From NCBI RefSeq assembly GCF_009914755.1, contig NC_060932.1: a stretch of 64,000 bases of DNA. One strand, 5' to 3'. The notes under the pieces were generated by a model that was not told the DNA's origin, did no database searches, and saw nothing but the letters and a program-made list of their open reading frames with translations. The DNA comes from the human T2T-CHM13v2.0 reference genome, Homo sapiens. Shown piece after piece: positions 43,601 through 56,848 of the stretch. Each line of letters opens with the position of its first letter. Position 1 is the first letter of the stretch. A program made the translations under genes and the position numbers.

Positions 43601-45719
43601 TACCCTCCAGTGGGAGCTCCTGCAGAGTTGTGGCTGGATGGCTCAGACGTGCCGTCCAGAGCTGTAGTATTGGTGATTCTGAGTGGGGAGTCAGAGGTGA
43701 CTGTCCGTACTCCAGGTATCTCCAAATGTTTCACACACAGCCAGGGCGGCCACAGGTTCTGAGACGTGCATCAGGTCTTCAGGAAGAGACAGCATTGTGC
43801 AAGATGAACATAAAAACTGTGCTAAATAAGAAAGAACACAGATGAGATGAAAAAGGAGACAGACCGTGAGTCTGTGGGGAGGAGGGTGGCTTCGGAGATG
43901 GGCTGGACTCAGGGTAAGAGGGACCATATGTCAGGAGGGATCAGCTGAGCAGCTGGAATTAGGAATCCCACTGAGACGATGGCTGATGTACTGCAAGGCA
44001 AGGCAAAAGTTGACCACCAAGGCCAAGAGTCTGGAGACTGTGGGGAGATGGAAAATGGCCTGGAGTGGCACTGCCTGTGGGAAAGTGGTGTGACCTTAAT
44101 AGCTGCCCAAGGACAGATCTCAACAACAGAGGCCTGATAGAATTTCAAGGCTGAAGATGGAGAGGGTTTGGGGAGCTCTGACTGAGTGCATTCACTATTT
44201 GAAAAGAAAACACACCTGGTGAATGTAAGTGCATTCCTGTTTCAACAGAGGCAGCAGCACTTCCTGATACAGAAGAACGCAGCGATAGATGCTGAGTTGG
44301 AAGTGTCAGATGCTAGTATAATCCTATTCAAATGTCAGCACATAAATCCATCTGGGTATTATCTATGAAATATAGTTAATTCCTCTATCCTTCTTAAAGG
44401 TAATTCCAGTAGCACTGAATTGTCAGTTTGATGCTTTTCGTCACTTCTCTTTGAATCACACAAAGCAATATTTTCAAGTAAATAGTGTTCATCAATTGCT
44501 AGGCGTGTCACCTCCAAATATGCTGCCTGAGATCCCTGCTTCAAATGTCTGGAACTTGTATTAGATCACAGGTGAGCATGACAGTCTCTTTCCTAGAGAA
44601 GAGTACATTGTAACTCTCCTGACTTCTAATTTTTGGGGTCCCCAGAGAGGCCAGTCTTACCTCACCTGGATATGGAAGAAAATAAGAGAAAACCAAAAGG
44701 AAAAGGCCTGAGAAGAAGTACATTTCTACAGAGAAATTAAAAGGAAACATCATTCTATGACCCAAATGAAACAACTTTCAGTTCCTCCATCTCTTATGTG
44801 AAATGTCTGTCCCCAGTATGGGGACACCACCAAAGCAAATCAATTCTGGGGATGCCTGACCACGAGGCGAAGTGATCAGCCGCATCCAGACTTAGCCATT
44901 CTCGACGGTATTTGAGGGAAATTCACAGAAAGGCTTCTTCACAGGTCCACAGGCCCTGAAGCCTTTTCCTAAACTTTAGATTCAACCAGCCAATTTAGAT
45001 CCACAGCAAGACCAAGGCAGTTGCCTAGACTTGGAGATGCCGTCAACAGAAGCTGGCCCAGGAAGTCAGAGCCAGTGTTGACCCTGAAGGGGAAGAGGAT
45101 ATAATCATGCTTTGCTAAACACAGACAATCACTGAAATAGGAATCTAATTTATAACTGAATTATTATCTGAAGTCCATAGGAATTGGAAACATTTCCCTC
45201 ATTTTGTAGATTACATGACCGAGACTCATGGAGTTCTGGATTAACAGGTAAACGTTTCCAAAGTCTCACCATTTCTTGCATAACATGCACCTGTCTCATC
45301 TGTAATGGGAATCACACCCAGAAGTCAGCAATCCCAGCACAGACCCTCAAGTGCCATGCCAAGACCTGCAGGCCTGTTTTGTTTGCTCAGAACTCCTGGA
45401 AGTAGCGCCTCATTAAGTTGGGAGTTCCAGAAGTTCTCTTTAGGGAAGTGGGTATTTAATTTCACCCTAAAGGATGAGAACAAATTTCACAGGACAAGTT
45501 CAGGAGATAATGGGAAAGGACAAAGTGAAAATATTTTGAACTGAATGGACCTTTTATGAGCCAATTCTCAAGTAAGAGAAACAAAGTCATATTAAAAGAA
45601 TTCACAAAGTATAATGTCTGTGATGTGAATTGTGTGTCAAAAATGAAGTTTTCTGATCTCATCAGGACTGGGAAGCTTTAATCGATCTTGAGCAAGTAGG
45701 CCAGGATGGGACTATCTTT

Positions 45720-45905
45720 GCTTTTTAGTCCACTTTTAGGCAAGTCACTTCAACCTCTTTGGGGCTGATTTTCCTCCTTAGGAAGGTGGTAGTAAAGATG
45801 AAAATAGTAAGTAGTAAATAGCTAAACCAATATATTAATTAACCAGTATATTAATATACTGATATCAAATGTGATAATGTAGGAAGACTTTTGTAAGACG
45901 TTATC
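45720..45905 (+). mobile_element. MIR fragment
   Basis: GGCAAGTCACTTCAACCTCT...TTTTCCTC core. Confidence 0.5.
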
Positions 45906-46415
45906 CAAATATTAATTGTTTTTCTTGATAGTCTTACTGGTTGCAGGACACTCTAGAAAAAAAATTTAGAAACAAATAAGAGAACTGAAAACCTTCATCT
46001 TTTTTACCTTGAGACCACAGGGAAGAAAAGACACCAGATGTTTCCGATCAAGAGACAAGAGAAACATTCAGCGTGACCCTAGAAAATCTTTCTAAAGAGA
46101 TTTCACAACACTCAGCTCATGTTTCGGGTCCATGAAACCATCTTTAGATGAATGATGCCTTGTTACCTGTGAGAGGAAGTGAGCAGCGAGGAGTCCTGTC
46201 AGTTCCGGAAGGAGTATTTGGGTTACTGTTCTTCATTGTCTGCAGTTCTGTGAGTATTGATCTCATTATTCCATAAGGCGGATTTCAGCAGCAAGGAACA
46301 TATCGTTTTTTTTTACATTACAATGAAATTCCATTTTTTACTTAAATATATTTTATGTCAATGCTTTTCTCTAGTGGGCTCCCTATATATTATTTTAGTA
46401 TTAGTAACTTCAATA

Positions 46416-47120
46416 TTTCTTCTTTTCTTTTCCTTGAGACAAGGTCTTGCTCAGTCGCCCAGGCTGAAGTGCAGTGGTGTGATCATAGCTCACTGCAGCC
46501 TCAACTTCCTGGAGTCAAGCAAGCCTCCCACATCAGCCTCCTGAGTAGGTGAGTAGGTGGGACTACAGGTGTGTGTCATTACATCTGGCTAATTTTTAAT
46601 TTTTTGAAATAGAGACAGGGTTTTACTATGTTTACCAGGCTGGTCTCAAACTCCTGGCTCAAGTGTTCCTTCCACCTCAGCTTCCCTGTGTTAGTCTGGT
46701 TCCACACTGTTATAAAGAACTACCTGAAACTGGGGAATTTATGAAGAAAAGAGGTTAAAGTGACTCCCAGTTCTGCAGGCTGTACAGAAAGCATGGCTGC
46801 GAGGCCTCAGGAAGCTTACAACTATGGCGGAAGGCAAAGGGGCACAAGCACACCTTACCATAGCAAAGCAAAAGAGAGAGCAAGAGAGAAAAGGGGAGGT
46901 GCCAACACATGAAACCATAAGATCCATCTCATGAGGATTCACTCACTATCACGAGAACAGCACAGGGAAATCCACCCCCATAACCTACCACCTCCCACCA
47001 GGCCCCTGCCCTGACACTTGGGGATTACAATTCCACATGAGATCTGGGAGGGGACACAGAACCAAACCATATCCACTCCCAAAGTGCTGGGATTACAGGC
47101 GTGAGCCACTGCACCCAGCT
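46416..47120 (-). mobile_element. AluJ split in two (46416-46686 and 47076-47120) by an LTR
   Basis: GATCATAGCTCACTGCAGCCTC J-type; Alu resumes with CTCCCAAAGTGCTGGGATTACAGGCGTGAGCCAC after the LTR. Confidence 0.95.
46687..47075 (-). mobile_element. MSTA-like MaLR solo LTR
   Basis: TGTGTTAGTC...ATAAAGAACTACCTGAAACTGGG...GCAGGCTGTACAGAAAGCATGGC...AAACCATATCCA; TSD TTCCC/CTCCC. Confidence 0.93.
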
Positions 47121-48439
47121 GAGTTTTAGTAAATTCGATCCCATCTTTAAACAAACTTCATTTTCATGAAACATTATATCGTAAGTCAATCGATTCTTTT
47201 ACATTTATTTCTTTAACGATCCTATTTTGACTAAAAATCATCATCATATATAAAACATTATCTTAAAAGAAAATAAATCACTTTGTTTTCTTTGTGTTAA
47301 ATATAGAGGAGTAGCTAACATTGCAAAGGTTATGACTGAAGAATCATATAAAAAGTGTTTGGTTGTCAAATGATCAAAAGTAAATGATAGCTGAAAGTGA
47401 TTTGTTGGATTTTCACCTACTTTAATGTAGACATCTTCTCCAATTGATTTGAATGTAGGCTGTTTGTGGCTTAACGCTGGAAGGTAGTCAGCTAAGTGGG
47501 CATTTCAAGAAGGTAACGGGATATACAGGTAATGGGAAGGTGAGGAGAAGGGTACGGGCTAGGAATAAACACCTGGGCATCATCAGAAAATCATATGATA
47601 AGCCACATAATTGGAGACATTACCAAGAGAGTGGGAGTGGATACAGAAGGTAGGAAACACCACACACCCCCATGCAGTTATACGCAGTTACACATCGCTA
47701 TAAAGTTCTTCATTTTCATTGCAACACAGTGTTCTACGGTATACAAGTATCTCAACTGATGTATCCATTTCATTGTTGACAGCCATTTTGACTGTTTTCA
47801 GCACGGTTCGCACACAATGCTGCTCTGAACGCCCTTGCACGTGGCATGGTGCACACCTACGAGCATTGGGGTGTGTTTACACTAGTGCCCGTCAGGGCCA
47901 GCCTCTTAAGGGCAGGTGTGCTGGAGGGAAGTGGAGGTCATAGAATGCGGGTAACTTAAACACTTAAAGATGCAGGACAGAATTCTATTTCTTCAATTAT
48001 GAAACCAGGAAGTATAAAATGGTTATTTAAATTTGAGAAAATTGGCAGTAAAATAAACTCCCGGCTCTGTGTAGTGTGCAGGGGTCCCTCTCAGGGTGAG
48101 CACTGCATGCGTCACTGGAAAAACAGAAATACATTGGACTGCAGGGGATGGCCCAAACCTTAGATTTCTTAATACATGGCAGGTCCACTGTATTAGCCGC
48201 ATAATTTCCAAAGGTTTCTAAATTATAAAACTCATTTTAGATAAAGGTGTGTGAAACTGCATGTCAAAGTGAGCATGAGTGTGTACACGTGTGTGTAAAT
48301 ATCACACTTTAATAATAATGTATGGGGGTTTTATTGCTCCATGTTCAACTCAGTCTTAAAATTCCAGGCTTTTAAAATTATTGACAAGTTATGAGATGGT
48401 TCCTGCTATAAGAGTGTGGACTTCAATTGTTCTTTCCCC

Positions 48440-49700
48440 CTTTTTTTTAATTAAGATTGGAGACCTGTTGTGTGTTACCTTTGGAAGGTTTTCCACAGTT
48501 GAGATCCAGTTGCTCCAGCATCATTTGTTGAGTGGTCTCTCTTCATCCACAGAGCTCCAGAGTGTCTCCTCTTACAGGACTTCTACACGTGTACGTCTCT
48601 TTTGGGGCTCTTTGTTTTGTTCTACCGGTTGATGTCATTCCTGGCACTACCAGCTTTCTGCCTAAATTGCCATAGCTTTAGTAGAAACTTGAATTCTTGC
48701 GTAGCAAGCTCTCTTTCCTGTTCATCTTCAAGAATATCTAAGATATCTTTCAATCGTTCCATCTCCACATTAATTTCAGAATCAGCTTGTTAGTTTCAGT
48801 ACATTTTTGCTTTTGATTAAAATTGCATCTTACCCCAAAAATGAATTGGAGAATAATTGACATTTTTTTTTTAAAGTTGAGACACGGTCTTGCTCTGTTG
48901 CCAGTGCTGGAGTGCAGTGGCATGACCATAGCTCACTGCCGTCTCAGACTCCTGGGTTCTAGTTTTCGTCCTACTTTGGCCTCCCAAAGTGCTGAGATTA
49001 CACGCATGAGCCACCATGCCCAGCCTAAATGACATATTTTAATATTAAATCTTCCAAACCATGAGCCTGTTATGTCTACAGTTTTAAATATCTCCTTTAA
49101 TAATCCAATAAAATTGTATAAGTTCCAACATATGGTTCTGGTACCATACAACATATGGTAATCTGTTGTAATTATTTCCAGTTATTTCACACCTTTGATG
49201 TTATTATGAATTATATTTTGTTGAATTTTTTGTTGCTGGTATACAGAAAAGTTTTTAAAATTTTTTGATATATATGTTTTATATGTATATCTCTCTTAGA
49301 TTTTTATGTATTTAATTATGTCATTTGAGAATGACTATTTTACTCTTCTTTTCTAAGCTACATATTTTAGAGGTTGTTTTTGTTCCTCTTTCCTTTTTCA
49401 GTGGGCACAAATTTCAGCATGGCGTTAAGAAGAACTGTGAGTGGGCATTCTTGCCTTATTTCTACTTTCAGAGGAAGATATTTTGTTGTTCCCTGTTGAT
49501 ATTTGCATTCAGATGTTTTGTGAGTCCTTCTTAGTATATGAAGGGTATTATATTCCATTCATTATTTCATTCAGTTCAAAAAATTTTCTACATTTGACCA
49601 TATATTTGTGATAAAAAGAATGTTTAGCAGTGTATTTCAAAAACATATTTCAAAACATATGGGAATTTTCCAAATTTTTCTGGCTATTCATTTTCTAACT
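48440..49700 (-). mobile_element. Ancient L1M ORF2 fragments
   Basis: ATCCAGTTGCTCCAGCATCATTTGTTGA; TTTCAGAATCAGCTTG; TTGCTGGTATACAGAAA; GAGTGGGCATTCTTGCCTT. Confidence 0.65.
48863..49025 (-). mobile_element. Monomeric Alu (left/right-arm chimera or FAM-like)
   Basis: ~160 bp; TSD-like AATTGACATTTT / AAATGACATATT. Confidence 0.88.
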
Positions 49701-51315
49701 TAATTGCTGATAATTAAGAAAGTAAATTATTATCTTGTCTGAGTTAAGCATTGTATGAATGCCAGTAAAAAGAGAAGTAGAGAAAATCATGCAAGATAAA
49801 TTGGGTATATAGGTTCCTAAAATGTGATACCTGAGCTAGAGTGGAAGAAGCTGCAGCTTTAGAACCAGTTTAGATTCTTGGTTTGTTTTCATCTTTCCTT
49901 GACTCTGGGCCACTTCTGTATCACCAACGTTTACAATGATTGAATGTCACTCTAGGTTCATTTACTTCTTATTCTAAAGCCAAATATTTAGGTCCATTAG
50001 AGGCCAACATTATTATTAAGAGCTCTTTAGCACCCAATGACATTTTTCTTTCAAAAAGTCAATATTTTATAGAATCTAAATTAAGTGGGAAAAGAGATTT
50101 AAGATTCGCTATGAATACATTCTAATTATTTTTACAACATTTTATAACAAGATTAAACTTTTGGTGAGTTCTGCTAAACTATGATAACTACAAATCTGGA
50201 AACCTTTTTCTCCCCCCCAAAATAATTTTATCTTTTAGGTTCTTTCTTCTTTTTTGTTCCTCTGTTTTTGCTGATACATTGAGAGTAGATTTTAGCAATT
50301 TTAAAGTAAGAGGGCTATTCTCGTCAGTACAAGTTCTCCCAGGAAAAATTTTTTAAAAATCAGACATACTTACCAATCTGCGAATAAACTTAATAGTGAT
50401 ATAAAGGTAAAGTCATGGGAGGATTAAAATCTGGATTAAAATCAAGATACGGAATTCTATGAAAATAAATATGATTTCTGATATCTTTTTAAAGGTGCTG
50501 AACAGCTGAGTACACTCTATTTTCAAAGAATAATGTTTTCCCTGGGTCCCCGGTCAGCTATGATTTCCCAGGATGATATAATGTTTCTTGCACTGGAAAA
50601 ATACATATTATTTTTAGGTTAAAAGTTATAAAAAGTGTTTTATTCCCTGTGGCTATCCCTCCTCCTCAAGCTACTAGGAAAATGGTGAAAACAGAAAAAT
50701 CAAAACAAGAATACCAACGGATACGTTTTCTAAAACTTAACATGCATGTCTTTGAGAATTCAATTTTGTTAGCCACATTTCAGATATATAACCTTTTTCC
50801 TTTAATAATCTATGATTTAAATGCTCAAATGTTTTTAAGCATGTGGTGCTGGCTCCAAATAACCCTCCATCTTGAGAGATGCGACCCTCCCCAGGTTTCT
50901 CCCTTCATCACTACCAGCATCCGTTCTCTCTCTGGACAAGCTCTCCCTGAGCAGAAGGCTTAATTGTGAAATGGAATGCCCTGGATAATGAGAGAAAAAA
51001 GGGGAAAAGAAGTCCTTTAGATATCAGAGAGAGAGAATGATGATATAAGGGATGTGGCATATTGATTTAAATATTAGCATATTGATTTAAATTACCTTGA
51101 AGATATGTACAAGCTGTAATTAAGAATTAAACATTAGTAGGTGTCATTTTGATCATAATTAAGGGGCCTCAGGTAGCACTGGCAGCTTGACTTCCACTTG
51201 GAATTTCTTCTTCTAAGTATTAGGCACGTGCTTCTCTCCGTCACGGTACCACCCATCCAGCTTGCACTCCTCCTAGGATCGCTGGAGATTCGCCTCATGT
51301 TGCAGACCTAACCTG

Positions 51316-51531
51316 CACTCTGGGTTGTCTTGTTAATTTCTGAAGTACCCCTCCACATACATCTATCTGTGTGACCGCATGCCTGGTCTGATCTTTATAC
51401 GGTCAGTAGGTGTTGAGTTTTACCACTCTAGGTTGTCTTGTTAATTTCTGAAATACCCCTCCACATAGACGTATCTGTGTGACCACGTCCCTGGTCTGAT
51501 CTTTATATAGTCAGTAGGTGTTGAGTGTTAC
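51316..51531. repeat. Tandem duplication, 108 bp x 2
   Basis: CACTCT.GGTTGTCTTGTTAATTTCTGAA.TACCCCTCCACATA...GTCAGTAGGTGTTGAGT.TTAC at 51316 and 51424. Confidence 0.96.
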
Positions 51532-52505
51532 TGATTTTTGGTCCCCGAGCTGGGTACATTCAGGAACACACATATGCCCAGGTTTATGGGCCGTTATTCA
51601 CAAGGCTCTCTTAGGTTTTCTAATGTGAACATTGTGTAGTCTTGGCAAGACTCAATAAAAACTCTCTAAAAGAAAATGGCTAGAAACAAACATGGTATAA
51701 ATTGCAATATCAGAAGCCCTGTGCTGAAATAAAGCAAGAGTTCATGTAGCCTGTGTTCAGCTTCTGACCACAGCATCCAGAGAGAGCCTGCAGTGGGAAT
51801 CATGCTTCTACTGAGTTTTCAAATTATGATCATGGAACACACATTCTCCTGGATGCCAAAGTGACTCATGTTTCATGGATCAGCCTAAAGGTCAGTTCCT
51901 CTACTAAACTACTTTGAATCCATAGTCCTACAGTTTAAAAATCTGGAAGGCAATTCCGAGGTCACCCAGAGTGATAAGGTCATTGCAATATTTAAATCAT
52001 GAGTTGAAAGCACTTTGCACAATGTAACATGCTATAAAAAAACAAATATTTGTAGGAATTATTAAGAACCTTCATCAGCATTCCTGTGGAGTCATCGCTA
52101 GGAGACTTGTGGTCTCTGAAAAGAGGACTGTTTTTATACACAATCAATGTTTCTGTGTTTTGATAGACAGAATCAATAGCTACCAACTGTTCAGCTGGGC
52201 TCAAACCACCAAACAGCTGGCTCTATATTCATATCCTCGTGGTTCAAAATACTTTTAACCCTATGATGTATAAATTCCTACTCTGCACAGTTTTTACACA
52301 CCGACCAATATATACACATCACAGAGGACACATTTAGTGCTGCACTTCCTGCTGTGACTGTTAAAAAAGACAAGGGGCTCCCTGCTTGGCAGCTGTGATG
52401 GCCTAGGAGTCAATTTCTCAGCAGCACCATTCTGGAACATAAAATCTTACATTTAATTATATCTACTGCACAGTTTTCAGAGTGTAGCTTAATAAACAGT
52501 CATCT

Positions 52506-53080
52506 GCAAAGATCTAGAACCAGAAATACCATTTGACCCAGCAATCCCATTACTGCATATATACCCAAAGGAATATACATCATTTTATTACAAAGATACA
52601 TGCATGCATGTGTTCACTGCATTACTATTCCCAATAGCAAAGACATGGAATCAACACAAGTGCCCATCAATGATAGACTGGATAAAGAAAGTATGGTACA
52701 TATACACTATGAAATACTATGCAGCCATAAAAAGGAACATAGTCATGTTCTTTGCAGGAACATGGATGGAGCTGGAAGCCATTATCCTCAGCAAACTAAT
52801 GCAGGCACAGAAAACCAAACACCACATGTTCTCACTTATAAGTGGGAGCCGGACAATGAGAACACATGGACACGGTGAGGGGAACATCACACACTGGGGC
52901 CTGGGGAGCATTGGAAAACATAGCTGATGTATGCTGGACTTAATACCTAGGTGATGGCTTGATAGGTGCAGCAAACCACCATGGCACACATTCACTTATG
53001 TGACAAACATGCACATCCCGCACATGTACCCCAGAACTTAAAATAAAAATAAAAATTTTAAAGGAATTAAGAAAGGAAAA
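52506..53080 (+). mobile_element. 5'-truncated L1PA (mid-age, ~L1PA8-13) 3' end
   Basis: ORF2 tail (…AKTWNQHKCPSMIDWIKK…MFSLISGS) plus 3' UTR and A-rich tail; TSD AA(A/G)CAGTCATC. Confidence 0.95.
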
Positions 53081-54637
53081 AAGCAGTCATCCTTTTTGTA
53101 CAGCTGAAATTCATCCTCAAAAGTACTTGGAATACAGCACTCATATTCTTAGTGCTTCCAAAAATCTCCCAAGATTATCCCATTGTTTTGGAAAATAATA
53201 CATTGTGTGTATATAATGAATCTATACAAAGGGCATCTAAGGGTGATATGAAAAGACTCATCTTGTGTGATATGCATATGCTGAGAATTGTGGGTCTATG
53301 CAGATCGCCCTGGTCAATTTTACCTTAGAGTTTTGGGGAGGTTAATTTTGCCTAGAAATACAAGATGGCTTCCCTTTTTTTTTTTATTTTTTATTTTCAG
53401 ATCACTTTATTTAGGGATGCGGCAATGGCAGTAGTTCTCAAAAGGAAGCCGGGTAGAAGCAAATTAATTTCTAAGGTATTCTAGACTCAGATGTATTGCA
53501 GATGCTAACCCACTCTCGCCAGTTGGCATCGATGTCCTAGTCAGACGGGGACCAGGGAGTCTTTGTCGGTGTCTGTGGGTTCCTGCTTCTCAGCACCAGC
53601 ATCAGGGGGAGACGAAGTGCTGATTAGGAGAACACACATTGGCAGGCGCACGTGACAACCCTGGTCGGTGCTCTATCCGTCTGGGTTTGCCCAACAATTT
53701 AGTTCCATAAAGAAGAGAACACAAAAGTCCTGCCTGCTAGGGAGGAAATCATCACTGAACTAAGCAAGGGGTAAGATTCTGACTCCGGTCTGATAATTGC
53801 TGGAACAGGTTGAGGACAACGAACATGACGTAGGATGTATGAGGTGAGAAAGGGCACAGTGAGCCCCAGGTCCAGGACACTGGTAGGTGTGTGGGACCTG
53901 AGATGCACGTTGACCTCATGTTGTTCTGGTCAAGCAACATTTAAAGATGAATGAGAATCTATGCAAGAATATAAAGAGTCCCCAGGATGGAAACACCGAA
54001 AGAAGACAGGTTCTGGAAAAAAAGTGGAAAGTAGAGAAGAGGGGTGAGGTATCCATACGCGCCCTGTAGCATGTCTGTGTGATAGAGAGATGCAGAGAAC
54101 CAAGGAATCAATGGTGATTAAGACCCTGATTGCAACAGGTGCATATGCAACTAGGTAGAAGAATTTTTAAATTATCTAAATAATTTAACTCCTCCCCCAA
54201 AAATACTTCACTAAGCATTTTTAAAACGCACATGGACCCTACCTTTCAGAAGTCGCTTATCCTAACCAAAATTTTTCAGGAGGGTTTCCTAGTTAATGGA
54301 TGTGCTGCTTGCCACTGAAACCTCCTAAACCATGTAACTCATTATGTTTGCAGAATTATGTGAGGCAGATGCCCAGTAAGACCAAGAATGCAGAGAAATC
54401 TAATAGAAACGCGGGAAGCAATCATAAAAGTCTTTAAAGGCAGACTTGAGTACTGTCAGCCTTATGCTACTTTCTTTGTGTAAGATTGAGTTATCTTAAA
54501 CTGTGTCCATGGGAAATAAAGGAGAACAGAAGCCTGCTTTTTAAAGGCTTTGTGTTACGAAACTGCATTTAGAGTTTATTAGAAACAGGAATAACTTAGG
54601 TAGCAATGTCAATCAGACGTTAAAAATATATATGTGG

Positions 54638-55002
<365 letters not shown>

Positions 55003-55089
55003 TTAGGTAGTTTAAAAGAAAAATTGCACTGTACAAGATGAGCAAACAAATTTTATTTTATATATTTATTTTATTCCTACACTTTTACC

Positions 55090-55520
55090 AGCAATAGGGA
55101 AGCGCTCACAGACAGATATGGTCTGGAAATCCAGCTTCCTTGAAACAAAAGAATGGAGAGTTTCAAGAGCTGAGTGGGGGAATCACAGGTCACCTGCATT
55201 TGCTAATTGCTTTCCCCAAAGTAAAGGTAGATTTTCTCCTGTGTTTATGACAGAAAGGTAGTTTTACAACTTGGACTCCAGCAGAGACTGGAAAGGGGCC
55301 CCTACCTTGATGATTGCATTCCAGAAGGATGGTGCCCATAGCCTTGGAAAAGTCGCTCCGAGCTGTAAAACTGGCCAGAGACTGGACAAAGATTTACATC
55401 TCAAAGGACAGAGAAAGAATTCATCATGAGCAGTGTTCTAAAGTAAATGCTCTCCATAAAGGGAGGTCAGAAAGAAATCATCTAACATTGAGACTGGCTG
55501 AGGGACAGGTGGACACCATC
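55090..55520 (-). mobile_element. ERV1-type LTR fragment (MER34/MER39-like)
   Basis: TTTGCTAATTG; GGTAGTTTTACAAC; GATTTACATCTCAAAGG.CAGAGAAAGAATT; TTCTAAAGTAAATGCTCT...AAAGGGAGGTCAG. Confidence 0.55.
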
Positions 55521-56483
55521 TTGGTCGGTAGCTATCAACAGAGAAGGACCAGCTGAGGCTGGGGAATAGATACTGGTGATGATGATGATGATCATGATTA
55601 TGATAATGGCACACAACTTTATAAAGTCTTAAAATTGAAAAAAATAACACTCCAGTAAGTATTTTCCCACTTAAATGTTCCACAATAAACATGTGCCATA
55701 GTAATAGCAAATGCGCAGCCCAGAAGCAGACTGGTGGGAGCTGGACCATCCCGTGTCCTCTGGATTCCGGTTCCGGGCTCTACTGAGGTCATTTTGCCTG
55801 CTAAGGTTGAAAAGATGCAGTGTGGAAATATGTGAGGGTATCCAAGACCGAATCATGAAAAATATGCACACCTTCAGCGCCCTAAATATACACGATTACC
55901 CTCAGTGCCCAGCACGTCCAAAATCCAACGCGTCATTTCACCTTCTTGTCACTGACTAGTATTTCTGTCAGTGGTGCTAGGATTCTTTCAAATTAATCAT
56001 CACGCACCTTCAAAACAACTTATCTGTCTCCTAAAGGATCACCTCTCCTCTCTAATTCTTTCTATATCCAGCTGCCAAATGTATCTTTCTAAGTGGTTCC
56101 TATGTTGCCACTACTCCGCATCAAAAATTGAGTTACCAGCTGAAATAATGTGATCATCTTGGTCTTTTCATGGCCAAATTAAGCCATTTACATGTATTTT
56201 TGATAAGTGATCTGCTTGGTTTCATAATATCTATTTCAGCTTTGTTTTCTATATGTTGCAGTTTTATGCCATTTTCTTATTTTGACTCTTCACCTTCTTG
56301 TTTCTTCATTACATTTTGAAATTGTTACAACGCTTTAAAATTCTACTGATTATATTTCAATAAGGCATTGAAGACACATAAACTTCTGGGATGTTTCAAA
56401 GGTACTGCAGAAGATTTAATCAGTTTTTGGCTATTGCTAGAATGTCCTCTAACCCTAAGTTTCTTCACTTTCTGATAAATGCT

Positions 56484-56848
56484 TGATATGGTTTTGCTGT
56501 GTCTCCACCCAAATCTCATCGTGAATTGTAGCTCCCACAATTCCTATGTGTCATGGGAGGGACCTGGTTGGAGATAATTGAATCACGGGGGCATTTTCCC
56601 CCCATACTCTTCTCCTGGTAGTGAATAAGTCTCACGAGATCTGAGAGTTTTATAAGGGGAAACCCTTTTCGCTTGGTTCTTATTTTCTCTGCTGCCATAT
56701 AAGATGTATCTTGTGCCGTTCCCCTTCCACCATGATGGTGAGGTCTCCCCAGCCACGTGGAACTGTGAGTCAGTGAAACCTCTTTTCCTTTATCAGTTAC
56801 CCAGTCTCGGGTATGTCTTTATCAGCAGCATGAAAATGGTCTAATACA
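56484..56848 (+). mobile_element. THE1 solo LTR
   Basis: TGATATGGTTT.GCTGTGTC...CTAATACA; TSD ATGCT/ATGCC. Confidence 0.96.

Noticed and set aside
52600-52995. ORFs similar to known proteins
   Set aside because: Remnant of the L1 ORF2 tail and antisense 3' UTR
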